DNA from: an uncultured Actinomycetes bacterium
GTDB taxonomy: Bacteria > Actinomycetota > UBA4738 > HRBIN12
DNA length: 31,620 nucleotides
Direction of reading: 5' to 3'
NCBI GenBank assembly: GCA_963704885.1
Contig: CAVPIB010000014.1
Span: 1 to 31,620, forward strand
Part shown: piece by piece, positions 16,740 to 25,415 of the stretch
Layout: each line of letters opens with the position of its first letter
Numbering within the stretch: position 1 is the stretch's first letter
Program-made: the position numbers and the translations under genes
The notes under the pieces: generated by a model
Told to the model about the DNA's origin: nothing
Databases searched by the model: none
What the model saw: the letters and a program-made list of their open reading frames with translations, nothing else

Positions 16740-17033
16740 TCAGGCGGCGGGGTCGACCAGCGTCCAGGTGACGTTGCCGTCCCCATCGGTCTGTTTGACC
16801 TCGATCGACACGATGTCGCCTGTGGAAAGGGTGGCCGTGCACTCGAACGTGGCGCCTGCCTCGGCCTTCACGTCGTCAGGACAGGAAACCGTGTTGCCGG
16901 CGGTCGCCAGCTGGGTATCGAGCTGGCTCGCGATCTCGGTCTCGAGGTCGTCGATCTGTAGGGTCTTGCTGCACCCAGCCGCCACAGCTGCGATACAGAC
17001 CACCGCTAGGACGCGAACGAGGCGTGAACGCAT
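16740..17033 (-). CDS. DUF4333-type small lipoprotein
   Basis: Signal peptide with AAGC lipobox; VSCPDDVKAEAGATFECTA and TDGDGNVTW patterns. Confidence 0.8.
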   Translation of the reverse strand: MRSRLVRVLAVVCIAAVAAGCSKTLQIDDLETEIASQLDTQLATAGNTVSCPDDVKAEAGATFECTATLSTGDIVSIEVKQTDGDGNVTWTLVDPAA

Positions 17034-17082
17034 GGGCCGGATCCTCCTCCCTTCGGGTCGCATGAGGCTAGCATGCAGCGCG

Positions 17083-17796
17083 ATGGACCTGGGACTGGAA
17101 GGCAAGGTGGCGTTGGTCACTGCCGCGTCGAAAGGGCTGGGGCGGGGTGCGGCGCTCGCGCTCGCTCGCGAAGGAGTCAGCGTGGTCATATGCGCGCGCG
17201 ACCGGGAGCGGCTGGAGGCGACCGCCGCCGAGCTACCCGGCGATGTCCTGGCGATCTCGGCCGACGTGACGGATCCGGCCGAGCCGCAGCGCCTGGTCGA
17301 CGCCGCTATGGAGCGGTTCGGCGCGCTTCACGTCCTGGTAGCCAACGCAGGAGGCCCGCCGCAGGCCCGGGCGCTGGAGGTCGACGAAGCCCAGATGCTC
17401 GCGGCCCTGAACGCCAACCTGCTGACCTCGATCCGACTGGTGCAGGCCGCCGTCCCGCACATGCGCGCGGCGGGGTGGGGACGGATCTGCCTGATCGCTT
17501 CCAGCTCCGTGAAGCAGCCGATCCCCTCGCTCGCCTACTCCAACACCGCGCGGACCGGCCTCTGGGCATGGGCGAAGACCGCCGCGCAGGATCTGATCGG
17601 CGACGGCATCACGCTGAATCTGGCATGTCCGGGTCTGCACAGCACCGACCGGGTGAAGGAGCTCGGGTTCGAGGGGAGGATGGGCGATCCGGAGGACTTC
17701 GGCTCGGTCGTGGCGTTCCTTTGCTCGCAGCCCGCGGGGTTCGTCAGCGGCGCCGCGCTGCAGGTAGACGGCGCCGGCATCCTGGGCCTCCTTTGA
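17083..17796 (+). CDS. Short-chain dehydrogenase/reductase
   Basis: MDLGLEGKVALVTAASKGLG, NAGGPP, SSSVKQPIPSLAYSNTAR, VDG. Confidence 0.9.
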   Translation: MDLGLEGKVALVTAASKGLGRGAALALAREGVSVVICARDRERLEATAAELPGDVLAISADVTDPAEPQRLVDAAMERFGALHVLVANAGGPPQARALEVDEAQMLAALNANLLTSIRLVQAAVPHMRAAGWGRICLIASSSVKQPIPSLAYSNTARTGLWAWAKTAAQDLIGDGITLNLACPGLHSTDRVKELGFEGRMGDPEDFGSVVAFLCSQPAGFVSGAALQVDGAGILGLL

Positions 17797-17821
17797 TGAC
17801 CAACCAAGAGTGGCACCACCC

Positions 17822-19465
17822 ATGAACGACATGGAGCGCGCGCAGGCGCTCGCCGATCGCTACTGGGAACAGCTCCTAGAGCTCGAGCCGCTGATAGGGA
17901 CATTCGTAGGCGACGAACGCTACGACGACCGGCTGTCCGATCCGAGCGAGGCCGGACGAGACGCCGTCGCGTCGGTGAACCGCGATGCGCTCATGGAGCT
18001 CGGCTCGATCGACCGATCGGCGCTGGATGACACCATGCGAGGAACGCTCGACGTGTTGGAAGCATGCGCCCTCCGAACTATTGCCGAGCTCGAGCACCGC
18101 ACCGATCGCCTCCGGGCCGCGGCCCACATGATCGGACCCGGTGAAACGCTCGCGCAGATCGCGGCGATCCAGGTCGCCGACACGCCGGAACGCTTGGATC
18201 GATACGAGGCCCGACTCCGAGCGTTCCCCGAGTACTTCGAGGCGTGGACCCAAGTGCTTCACGACGCTGTCGCCAGCGGCGTCACGTCCCCCCGCGTGGT
18301 CGCCGAACGCGGAGTGGCCCAGCTCGACCGGCTGCTGGCCCTCCCCGCCGAGTCCTCGCCGGCGATGACCCCCGTGGGCGAGGACGCCGCCGCCAGGGAA
18401 CGGATCGCCTCCGCCATCGGCGACGCGGTGAACCCGTCGCTCGCCCGCTACCGAGACACGCTGGTCGATGCCCTGCCGCACGCGACCGAGACGATCGGCC
18501 TGTCAGCCCTTCCGGGCGGCGACGGGATGTACCGGGCCGCGATCCTGGGCTGGACCACGTTGCCGCTCGAAGCGGACGAGGTGCACCAGCTCGGCCTGGA
18601 GCGCTACGCCCGCATCCAGGAGGAGCGGAAGGAGATCTCTGCCCGCCTCGGGTACCGCAGTCCTGCCGACGCGATCGCCGCGCACCAGGCCAGCGGGAAG
18701 AACACCGCCGCATCGCGAGAGGCCATGCTCTCTCTCGCCCGTGATCAGGTCGAGCGCAGCTGGCAGGCCGCCCCCGCGTTCTTCGGCCGGGTTCCGGACG
18801 CCAACTGCGACGTTCGCCCCGTGGAGGAATTCCGGGAGCGGGACACGCCTCTCGGGTTCTACAACCCCCCCACCGAGGATGGGGCACGCAGGGGCGCGTA
18901 CTACATCAACACCTCTGACCTGGAAGAGCGCCCGCTGCATCACGTGGCCAGCCTCACGTACCACGAGGCCAACCCGGGCCATCACTTCCAGATCTCCCTC
19001 GAACAGCAGATGACCGATCGCCCCGCGCTGCGGCGGTTCGGCGGGATCTTGGCGGGGAGCGCCTTCTGCGAGGGGTGGGGCCTGTACAGCGAACGGCTGG
19101 CCGACGAGATGGGTCTGTACGTCGATGACTGGGAGCGCCTGGGCATGCTCGAGGCGCAGGGGATGCGAGCCGGCCGGTTGGTTACGGACACGGGGATCCA
19201 CGCGCTCGGTTGGACACGTGAGCGGGCGATCGACACCCTTGAGGAGATCGGCGTGCCCAACGTCGACGCGGTTATCGAGATCGACCGCTACATCGCCATG
19301 CCAGCTCAGGCGCTGTCGTACATGGTCGGCATGATCGAGATCGAGCGTGCCCGAGCGACCGCCGCCGATCGTGACGGAGCGGAGTTCTCGCTGCGTGACT
19401 TCCACGACCGACTGCTCGGGCTCGGACAGCTCCCGCTCCCCTCGCTCCGCCGCGAGCTGTCCTGA
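17822..19465 (+). CDS. DUF885 family protein (putative metallopeptidase)
   Basis: YHEANPGHHFQ, FCEGWGLYSERL, EIDRYIAMPAQALSY, FSLRDFHD. Start ATG 17822 or GTG 17810. Confidence 0.88.
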   Translation: MNDMERAQALADRYWEQLLELEPLIGTFVGDERYDDRLSDPSEAGRDAVASVNRDALMELGSIDRSALDDTMRGTLDVLEACALRTIAELEHRTDRLRAAAHMIGPGETLAQIAAIQVADTPERLDRYEARLRAFPEYFEAWTQVLHDAVASGVTSPRVVAERGVAQLDRLLALPAESSPAMTPVGEDAAARERIASAIGDAVNPSLARYRDTLVDALPHATETIGLSALPGGDGMYRAAILGWTTLPLEADEVHQLGLERYARIQEERKEISARLGYRSPADAIAAHQASGKNTAASREAMLSLARDQVERSWQAAPAFFGRVPDANCDVRPVEEFRERDTPLGFYNPPTEDGARRGAYYINTSDLEERPLHHVASLTYHEANPGHHFQISLEQQMTDRPALRRFGGILAGSAFCEGWGLYSERLADEMGLYVDDWERLGMLEAQGMRAGRLVTDTGIHALGWTRERAIDTLEEIGVPNVDAVIEIDRYIAMPAQALSYMVGMIEIERARATAADRDGAEFSLRDFHDRLLGLGQLPLPSLRRELS

Positions 19466-19541
19466 ACGTCCTCCCACTGTCGCTCGGGCCGCGGACATAC
19501 ACTCGCGAGGTCACCGTCCCTCGCTTCTAAGGAGGTCCATC

Positions 19542-20225
19542 TTGCTCAACGTCGACATCCAGTTCAGTCCGTCGTTCGCCATGGCCACGGTCAAGATGAA
19601 CCAGGGCGAGACCGTACGGGCCGAGGCCGGGGCCATGTCAGGCATGAGTGGCGGCATAGAGATCGAAACCAAGGCTCAGGGCGGCCTCCTCGGCGGCCTG
19701 AAGCGATCGGTACTGGGCGGCGAGAGCTTCTTCATCAACACGTTCTCAGCCAGCGCCGGCCCCGGTGAGGTGATCGTCGCTCCCGCACTCCCGGGCGACA
19801 TCATCCATCTGCCCGTCGACAGCTCGAAGGCGATCTTGGTCCAGTCCGGTTCCTGGCTCGCGAGCGAGGAGACGGTGGTCGTCGACACCAAGTGGGGCGG
19901 GGCGAAGACGTTCTTCAGCGGAGAAGGGCTGTTCCTTCTGCATTGCAGCGGCCAAGGCGACATGCTGATCGCCAGCTACGGAGCCATCTTCGAGAAGGAC
20001 CTCGGCGCCGGGGAGTCCTACAAGGTCGACACCGGGCACATAGTGGCGTTCGAAGAGGGCGTCGGCTACCAGGTGAACAAGGTCGGTGGCTGGAAGTCCA
20101 CGATCCTGTCGGGCGAGGGACTGGTCGCCACGTTCACCGGCCCCGGTAGGGTGTGGCAGCAGAGCCGGAGCCCGCAGGACCTGATCGGCTGGCTCACGCC
20201 CCGGCTCCCATTCAGTCGCAGCTAG
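19542..20225 (+). CDS. TIGR00266/AIM24 family protein
   Basis: AEAGAM, GGESFFINTF, APALPGDI, FFSGEGLF, VDTGHIVAF, GEGLV, GPGRVW. TAAGGAGG SD before TTG 19542. Confidence 0.9.
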   Translation: MLNVDIQFSPSFAMATVKMNQGETVRAEAGAMSGMSGGIEIETKAQGGLLGGLKRSVLGGESFFINTFSASAGPGEVIVAPALPGDIIHLPVDSSKAILVQSGSWLASEETVVVDTKWGGAKTFFSGEGLFLLHCSGQGDMLIASYGAIFEKDLGAGESYKVDTGHIVAFEEGVGYQVNKVGGWKSTILSGEGLVATFTGPGRVWQQSRSPQDLIGWLTPRLPFSRS

Positions 20226-20240
20226 TCTGATACAGACTAG
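20222..20240. repeat. Perfect inverted repeat CTAGTCTG-ATA-CAGACTAG spanning two convergent stop codons
   Basis: 8-bp arms at 20222-20229 and 20233-20240. Confidence 0.75.
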
Positions 20241-21112
20241 ACGTCAGGCTTCTTCGCGCGGAGCAGCAGGTAGTCGATCACGCCCCGGTTCCAGAGCATG
20301 TCGACCTGCCTGAGCAAGATCCCGGCGGCAAGGCGATGGGATCGAGTGGCGTCGTCCGGGGAGCGTGCGAGTCGTTCCCGAGCGAACCGCAGCGCGGGCT
20401 CGATCACGCGCTCCCCCACCAGCTCGACGCGTACTTCTTCGAAACCCGCAGCCTCGGCGGCTCCCGCGATCTGGACCGGGGTCGCCGCCACGTGGGTGCC
20501 CAGACCCCAGAGCCGTAGCTGCACGAAGGCGGCCAACAGCTCGCGCGGTCCTCGCGGGTATCGGATCATGGGGATGTCGGACATCGAGAGCATGCCGCCG
20601 GGACGCAGCACGCGGAACGCCTCTGAGAAGAAGCGAGCGCGGGACGGGAAGTGGAACGCCGCCTCAACGCTGATCACGCCGTCGAACGAGGAGTCGACGA
20701 GCGGCAGACGCGTGGCGTCCGCGTTCACGCCCACCCCACCGGCCTGGCGGAGCTGGTCTCGGCCGGCCACCAACTGGGACAGGGTGATGTTCACCGCCAC
20801 CAGCCCGCTCGTCCTCGCCACGTCGGCTATCACCGGATCCTGGACCGCCAGACCATTGCCTACGTCCAACACGCGTCCACCCTGCGGGAGCCAGCCGGCG
20901 AGGCGCTCGACCAGCCGACGCACGGCTATCGATGCTTCGGCGGGATCGCTCCCATCCCCGTCCCATAGCCCTAGGTTCAACCACCCTGGCGCGAGCGCGA
21001 GGAAGAAGTGATCGCCGATGCTGTCGTAGACGGTGGCCGCCGGGTGGCGCCCGAAGCGGGCCATCGAGACCACGTGGCGAACGTTCTCGCGCGTCCAGGT
21101 GGTCTTCTCCAT
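20237..21112 (-). CDS. Class I SAM-dependent methyltransferase
   Basis: WLNLGLW, VLDVGNG, ADATRLP, SFDGVISVEAAFHF, FRVLRPGG. Confidence 0.88.
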   Translation of the reverse strand: MEKTTWTRENVRHVVSMARFGRHPAATVYDSIGDHFFLALAPGWLNLGLWDGDGSDPAEASIAVRRLVERLAGWLPQGGRVLDVGNGLAVQDPVIADVARTSGLVAVNITLSQLVAGRDQLRQAGGVGVNADATRLPLVDSSFDGVISVEAAFHFPSRARFFSEAFRVLRPGGMLSMSDIPMIRYPRGPRELLAAFVQLRLWGLGTHVAATPVQIAGAAEAAGFEEVRVELVGERVIEPALRFARERLARSPDDATRSHRLAAGILLRQVDMLWNRGVIDYLLLRAKKPDV

Positions 21113-21157
21113 GGCATCAACCTTCCCACGCCCGCCGAGCGAGCCGGCTGTGGCGAG

Positions 21158-22348
21158 CTAGGCGGAGGCGCGCCAGGCGTCACGCAACTTGACGCGGCTG
21201 CCGATCCTCAGTACGGCGCCCGAGTACAGCCGTCCCGCGAGCGGGATCAGCAGTGCCGTCGACCCGATCAGGAGCAACAACGCAGCCACGATCTCGAGCG
21301 GGGTGGCTGACCCCAGCGAGATCCGCGCCGGCATGGCGAACGGAGCCGAGAACGGGACGATCGAGGCGATGACGGCGAGTGTGGAGTCCGGGTCGTTCGT
21401 CGAACCGATCGCGATGAAGAACGACACCAGGATCACCAGATTCAGCGGCACGAGGACGTTCTGCAGCTCCTCCATGCGCGACACCAGGGCACCGGCGACG
21501 GCGAAGAGCGACGCATAGAACGCGAACCCCAAGACGAACCACCCGATCGCGAGCGCAGCGGTGCCGATCGCATGCAAGGGCAAACTGAGCGCACCGGTCA
21601 CCGATGCGAGGACGATGCCGAACGTGGCGATACCCGCGAGCTGGAGCAGGCCGAGGGCGCCGATCCCCAGGATCTTGCCCGCCAGGAGCTGCCGCGCGCG
21701 GATCGTTGACAGCAAGATCTCGACCACACGCGAGGCCTTCTCCTCGATGACGCCGGTCGCCACCCACACGCCGTATCCGAAGAGCTGTCCGTAGAGCAGC
21801 AGCACGGCGATGAACGCCACGGAAGCGTTGGTATCGCGGTTCGGATCCCTCGGCTCGAGCGGTGCGAGCCGGATCGGCGCGGGGTTCAGGATGTCTAGGA
21901 TCTGATCCTCCGCGATACCGCTGTCTTGGAGCGTCGTCTGTATGGCGTCGGCGACCACCGCGGTCTGAACAGCCGACGCCAGCTCGCCTGGCGCTTCACT
22001 CTGCACCAACAGGCTTTCGCCGTCGATCAGGACCGCATCGAGCGAGCCGTCGCCGAGCGCCGCCTCGGCGGAAGCCCGATCCTCGACAGCTCGTGTCCTG
22101 ACGGTGACGCTCCGCGAGTCAGCCGCCTGCTCGACCAGAGGGCCCAGTCGCACCGACGCCGGGCCGATCAACCCCAGATCGAACGTCGGCGTACCGCCAC
22201 CCCCGTACGCCCTGACCAGGATGAAGACGGCGAGAACGGCGAACGTGATCCCGGTGGAGATCAGGAAGCCCTTGTCCCGCAGGCGATACCGGAAGTCACG
22301 TTGGGCGACCAGCCACCAGGTCCCTCGGTCGGTCTCCCGCGTGCTCAC
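21158..22348 (-). CDS. ABC-2 type exporter permease (NatB/YhaP-like)
   Basis: GVIEEKASRVVEILLS, LLAGKILG, PFSAPFAMP; multiple TM segments. Confidence 0.9.
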   Translation of the reverse strand: MSTRETDRGTWWLVAQRDFRYRLRDKGFLISTGITFAVLAVFILVRAYGGGGTPTFDLGLIGPASVRLGPLVEQAADSRSVTVRTRAVEDRASAEAALGDGSLDAVLIDGESLLVQSEAPGELASAVQTAVVADAIQTTLQDSGIAEDQILDILNPAPIRLAPLEPRDPNRDTNASVAFIAVLLLYGQLFGYGVWVATGVIEEKASRVVEILLSTIRARQLLAGKILGIGALGLLQLAGIATFGIVLASVTGALSLPLHAIGTAALAIGWFVLGFAFYASLFAVAGALVSRMEELQNVLVPLNLVILVSFFIAIGSTNDPDSTLAVIASIVPFSAPFAMPARISLGSATPLEIVAALLLLIGSTALLIPLAGRLYSGAVLRIGSRVKLRDAWRASA

Positions 22349-23241
22349 CCCATCACCGCCTCGCGGAATAGCTCGGCAAGGGTCGCCTTATCCCGGCTGA
22401 AATGGATGACGTCGCCGGCCGCGCGGGCCAGGTCCAGGACCCGTTGTTCGTCCACCCCTTCGTCCAACTCCAGCACCACGCCCTCCCCGGCAGAGTCGTC
22501 CACCAACCGCACGCCGGGGATCGCATCGAACCAGTCGGGCTCGGCTGCCGTGACCCCGACCCGGAGACGCCTGCGTTCGCGTGGTGAGCGGAGCTCCTCG
22601 ATCGTGCCGGCGGCCACGATCCGGCCGTGGTCGATGAGCACCACGCGGTCGCAGAGACGTTCGACCAGTTCGAGCTGATGACTGGAGAACACGACCGGCA
22701 CGCCGCGCGTCGCCGTCTCCGCGCGCAACACGCCGGTCAGCGCGTCGACCCCGACGGGATCGAGACCGGAGAAGGGCTCATCCAGGACGAGGGCGTCCGG
22801 TCGATGAACCAACGCGGCCGCCAGCTGGACGCGTTGCTGGTTGCCGAGCGACAGGCTCTCGACGCGATCGTCCGCCCGCTCCGCGACGCCTAGGACCTCG
22901 ATGGTCTCGGCGGCCCGACGCGAAGCGTCGGGCCGAGACAGCCCGTGGAGCCGGGCCAGATAGACGAGCTGTTCGAGCACGCGCATCTTCGGATACAGGC
23001 CGCGCTCCTCCGGCATGTATCCGAATCGCCGTCGGGCTTCGGCATCGACCCGTCGCCCCTGCCACCGCACCTCGCCGGCGTCGGCCTCCAACACGCCGAG
23101 GGCGATACGCATGGCGGTGGTCTTCCCAGCGCCGTTCGGTCCGACGAAGCCGACGATCTCGCCCTGCGGCACCGTGAACGAAACACAGTCAAGGGCCAGG
23201 ACGTCGCCGAACCGCCGCGAGAGGTCGAGCAGCTCGAGCAC
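22345..23241 (-). CDS. ABC exporter ATP-binding protein
   Basis: GPNGAGKTT, GYMPEERGLY, LSLGNQQ, LDEPFSGLDP, SSH. Confidence 0.93.
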   Translation of the reverse strand: MLELLDLSRRFGDVLALDCVSFTVPQGEIVGFVGPNGAGKTTAMRIALGVLEADAGEVRWQGRRVDAEARRRFGYMPEERGLYPKMRVLEQLVYLARLHGLSRPDASRRAAETIEVLGVAERADDRVESLSLGNQQRVQLAAALVHRPDALVLDEPFSGLDPVGVDALTGVLRAETATRGVPVVFSSHQLELVERLCDRVVLIDHGRIVAAGTIEELRSPRERRRLRVGVTAAEPDWFDAIPGVRLVDDSAGEGVVLELDEGVDEQRVLDLARAAGDVIHFSRDKATLAELFREAVMG

Positions 23242-23244
23242 GGG

Positions 23245-23667
23245 CTACAGGATGCGGAACCTGGTCGGCGTCACGCGCACGGCCACCGAGTAGTCCGCAG
23301 CGAAGCTCGCCGGCGTCCACCCGAACCCGTCGATCAAGCGGAGGTACTTGGTTATGTAGGCGGGGATCCGATCGGCGGCGTGCGCCGAGGGATCGAGCGA
23401 TGCCGTCCCTTCGATGGTCATGGCGTCTTCGGCGTCTTCGGCACCGACGGGGTGCAGCGAGACGAGGCTATGGGTGGCTATGTTCGCGAGCTTCGGTCGG
23501 CCCGGTTGGCTGAAGAACAGGAACGTGTCGCCGTCCCACTGGTACCAGATAGGTGTCGTCTGCGGTTGCCCCGACGGGCTCACCGTCGTCAACCAGACCA
23601 CGAGGCCAGACCGGAGCCGTCTGTCGACCTCCGCGTGTCCCGGGTCGTTCAGGTCAAGCGCGTCCAT
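23245..23667 (-). CDS. PPOX-class putative F420-dependent oxidoreductase (TIGR03667-like)
   Basis: VWLTTVSPSGQPQTTPIWY, KLANI, YITKY, DYSVAVRVTPTR. Confidence 0.85.
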   Translation of the reverse strand: MDALDLNDPGHAEVDRRLRSGLVVWLTTVSPSGQPQTTPIWYQWDGDTFLFFSQPGRPKLANIATHSLVSLHPVGAEDAEDAMTIEGTASLDPSAHAADRIPAYITKYLRLIDGFGWTPASFAADYSVAVRVTPTRFRIL

Positions 23668-23736
23668 AGGATGCAGCCTATCGCCGGCGGCTGCACCTCA
23701 CCGCGGCGACGCCGAGCTTCCCCATGAGGGCGAGCC

Positions 23737-24348
23737 CTACTTGGAGTCATCCGATGGAGGGTTCGCGACCCCGACCGCATGGCCGATCCATCCATCGCGC
23801 GCGAGCGCGTCCAGGAGCGCGGCCGCGTAGTCGGCCCGGGAGATGGCCTGACCCGGCCCGCCCCCGTCGATGACGGCGTCGTAGGAACCGGACCCCGGAT
23901 CGTCGTTGAGGATCGGCGCCGCCAACACCGTCCACGCGAGCGCGCTGCCCCGCAGGATCGCCATGTCGCGCCGGTGCTCCGCGGCTACGTTCGCGTAGTC
24001 GCCCGTGACCTCCCGCTCGGAGAACACCATGGAGTTGGCGGCGATCGCCAGCCGATGCGGACCGGTGCGCTCCATGACCTCGACGATCGTCCGGGTAGCG
24101 TCGGATATCTCGGCGGTGGTCACGCCGGCGATCGGCCCGAGCGCGGAGATCACGGCATCCGCGCCCGTGAGCGCTGCCCCGATAGCCTCCGCATCGGAGG
24201 GATCGCCTTGATGGACCGCGACCGCGTCCGGGAACCACTGTTCCGACGCGTCGCGCACGAACGCGATCACCTCGAGGCCCCGTCTCACGGCCTGCGCAAC
24301 GACTTGGCGGCCCGTCCTGCCGCTCGCGCCGAACACGACTATCCGCAC
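23737..24348 (-). CDS. NAD(P)H-binding oxidoreductase (flavin reductase/BVR-B-like)
   Basis: RIVVFGASGRTG, AFVRD, DAVISALG, LAWTV, ISRADYA. Start GTG 24348. Confidence 0.85.
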   Translation of the reverse strand: MRIVVFGASGRTGRQVVAQAVRRGLEVIAFVRDASEQWFPDAVAVHQGDPSDAEAIGAALTGADAVISALGPIAGVTTAEISDATRTIVEVMERTGPHRLAIAANSMVFSEREVTGDYANVAAEHRRDMAILRGSALAWTVLAAPILNDDPGSGSYDAVIDGGGPGQAISRADYAAALLDALARDGWIGHAVGVANPPSDDSK

Positions 24349-24457
24349 GGTCGCGAGCGTACAGCCCCTCCGCCGCCGCACCTCAACGCCTCGATGAGCC
24401 ACCGAGGAGCAGGGAACCGAAACCCCGCAGGGATCTCCCCGGCCTATCCTTCTGCGC

Positions 24458-25414
24458 ATGACGGACCCGCAGGCGGCGCGCACGTTGGCGACGCAGCTCG
24501 GCGAACGCGTCGACGAGCGGCTCTTCGGCATGCAGACGGCGCTCCGACAGGTGATGATCGGCATCGTCACCGGGTCGCACGTGCTGATCGACGACGTTCC
24601 CGGCGTGGGCAAGACCACGTTGGTGCGCCTGCTGGCCAACCTCCTTGGGCTGTCTTTCCAGCGGGTGCAGTTCACGCCGGATCTCATGCCCACGGACATC
24701 ACCGGCACGTCGGTGCTCGATCTTCGATCGAACGAGTTCGCGTTCCGCGCAGGTCCGATCTTCACCCAGGTCCTGCTGGCGGATGAGATCAACCGCGCAA
24801 CGCCGAAGACCCAGGCGGCGCTGCTCGAGGCCATGCAGGAGCATCAGGTGACGGTGGACGGCGTGAGCCACCCGCTCCCCGAACCGTTCTTCGTGCTCGC
24901 GACGCAGAACCCGGTGGAGCTGGAGGGCACGTTCCCGCTCCCCGAGGCGCAGCTGGACCGGTTCCTCCTGCGGGTGCGGATCGGATACCCGAACGAGGAG
25001 CAGGAGGAGCGGATCCTCACCGCCTCGCGGGCGGATCGCGTCTTGCCGACCGAGCCGCTGGCGGGTGTCCCCGCGGTCCGGGAACTGCAGGAGCTGGTCG
25101 GGGGCGTCGCGCTCGAGCACCCGGTCCGCCGGTACATCGTCTCGCTGGCCCGAGCGACCCGCGACCATCCCGAGCTGGCCGTGGGCGCGAGCCCTCGCGC
25201 GGTGGAGCAGATGGGCGACGCCGCGCGCGCGTGGGCCCTGTTGGACGGCCGGGACTACGTCCTGCCCGACGACGTGAAGGCACTCGCCGAACCGGTCTTC
25301 GGACACAGGATGGTGCCGACGACCGACGCGCGGATCCGCGATCGCACATCCGACGAGATCCTCCGCGAGGTCCTGCGCTCGGTCGCCGTTCCCACGGAGT
25401 TCCGAGGAGACTAG
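24458..25414 (+). CDS. moxR: MoxR-family AAA+ ATPase
   Basis: DVPGVGKT, RVQFTPDLMPTD, LLADEINRATPKTQAALLEAM, ATQNPVELEGTFPLPEAQLDRF, GASPR. Confidence 0.94.
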   Translation: MTDPQAARTLATQLGERVDERLFGMQTALRQVMIGIVTGSHVLIDDVPGVGKTTLVRLLANLLGLSFQRVQFTPDLMPTDITGTSVLDLRSNEFAFRAGPIFTQVLLADEINRATPKTQAALLEAMQEHQVTVDGVSHPLPEPFFVLATQNPVELEGTFPLPEAQLDRFLLRVRIGYPNEEQEERILTASRADRVLPTEPLAGVPAVRELQELVGGVALEHPVRRYIVSLARATRDHPELAVGASPRAVEQMGDAARAWALLDGRDYVLPDDVKALAEPVFGHRMVPTTDARIRDRTSDEILREVLRSVAVPTEFRGD

Positions 25415-25415
25415 G

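Noticed and set aside
15947-23667. fabI, SDR, methyltransferase, F420 enzyme and exporters as a secondary-metabolite cluster
   Set aside because: No scaffold enzyme (PKS, NRPS, RiPP precursor, terpene synthase), mixed orientations and separate promoters.
23672-23695. Inverted repeat TGCAGCC/GGCTGCA over the PPOX -10 box
   Set aside because: Could be an operator or terminator, but a single 7-bp GC-rich repeat with no linked regulator is too weak.
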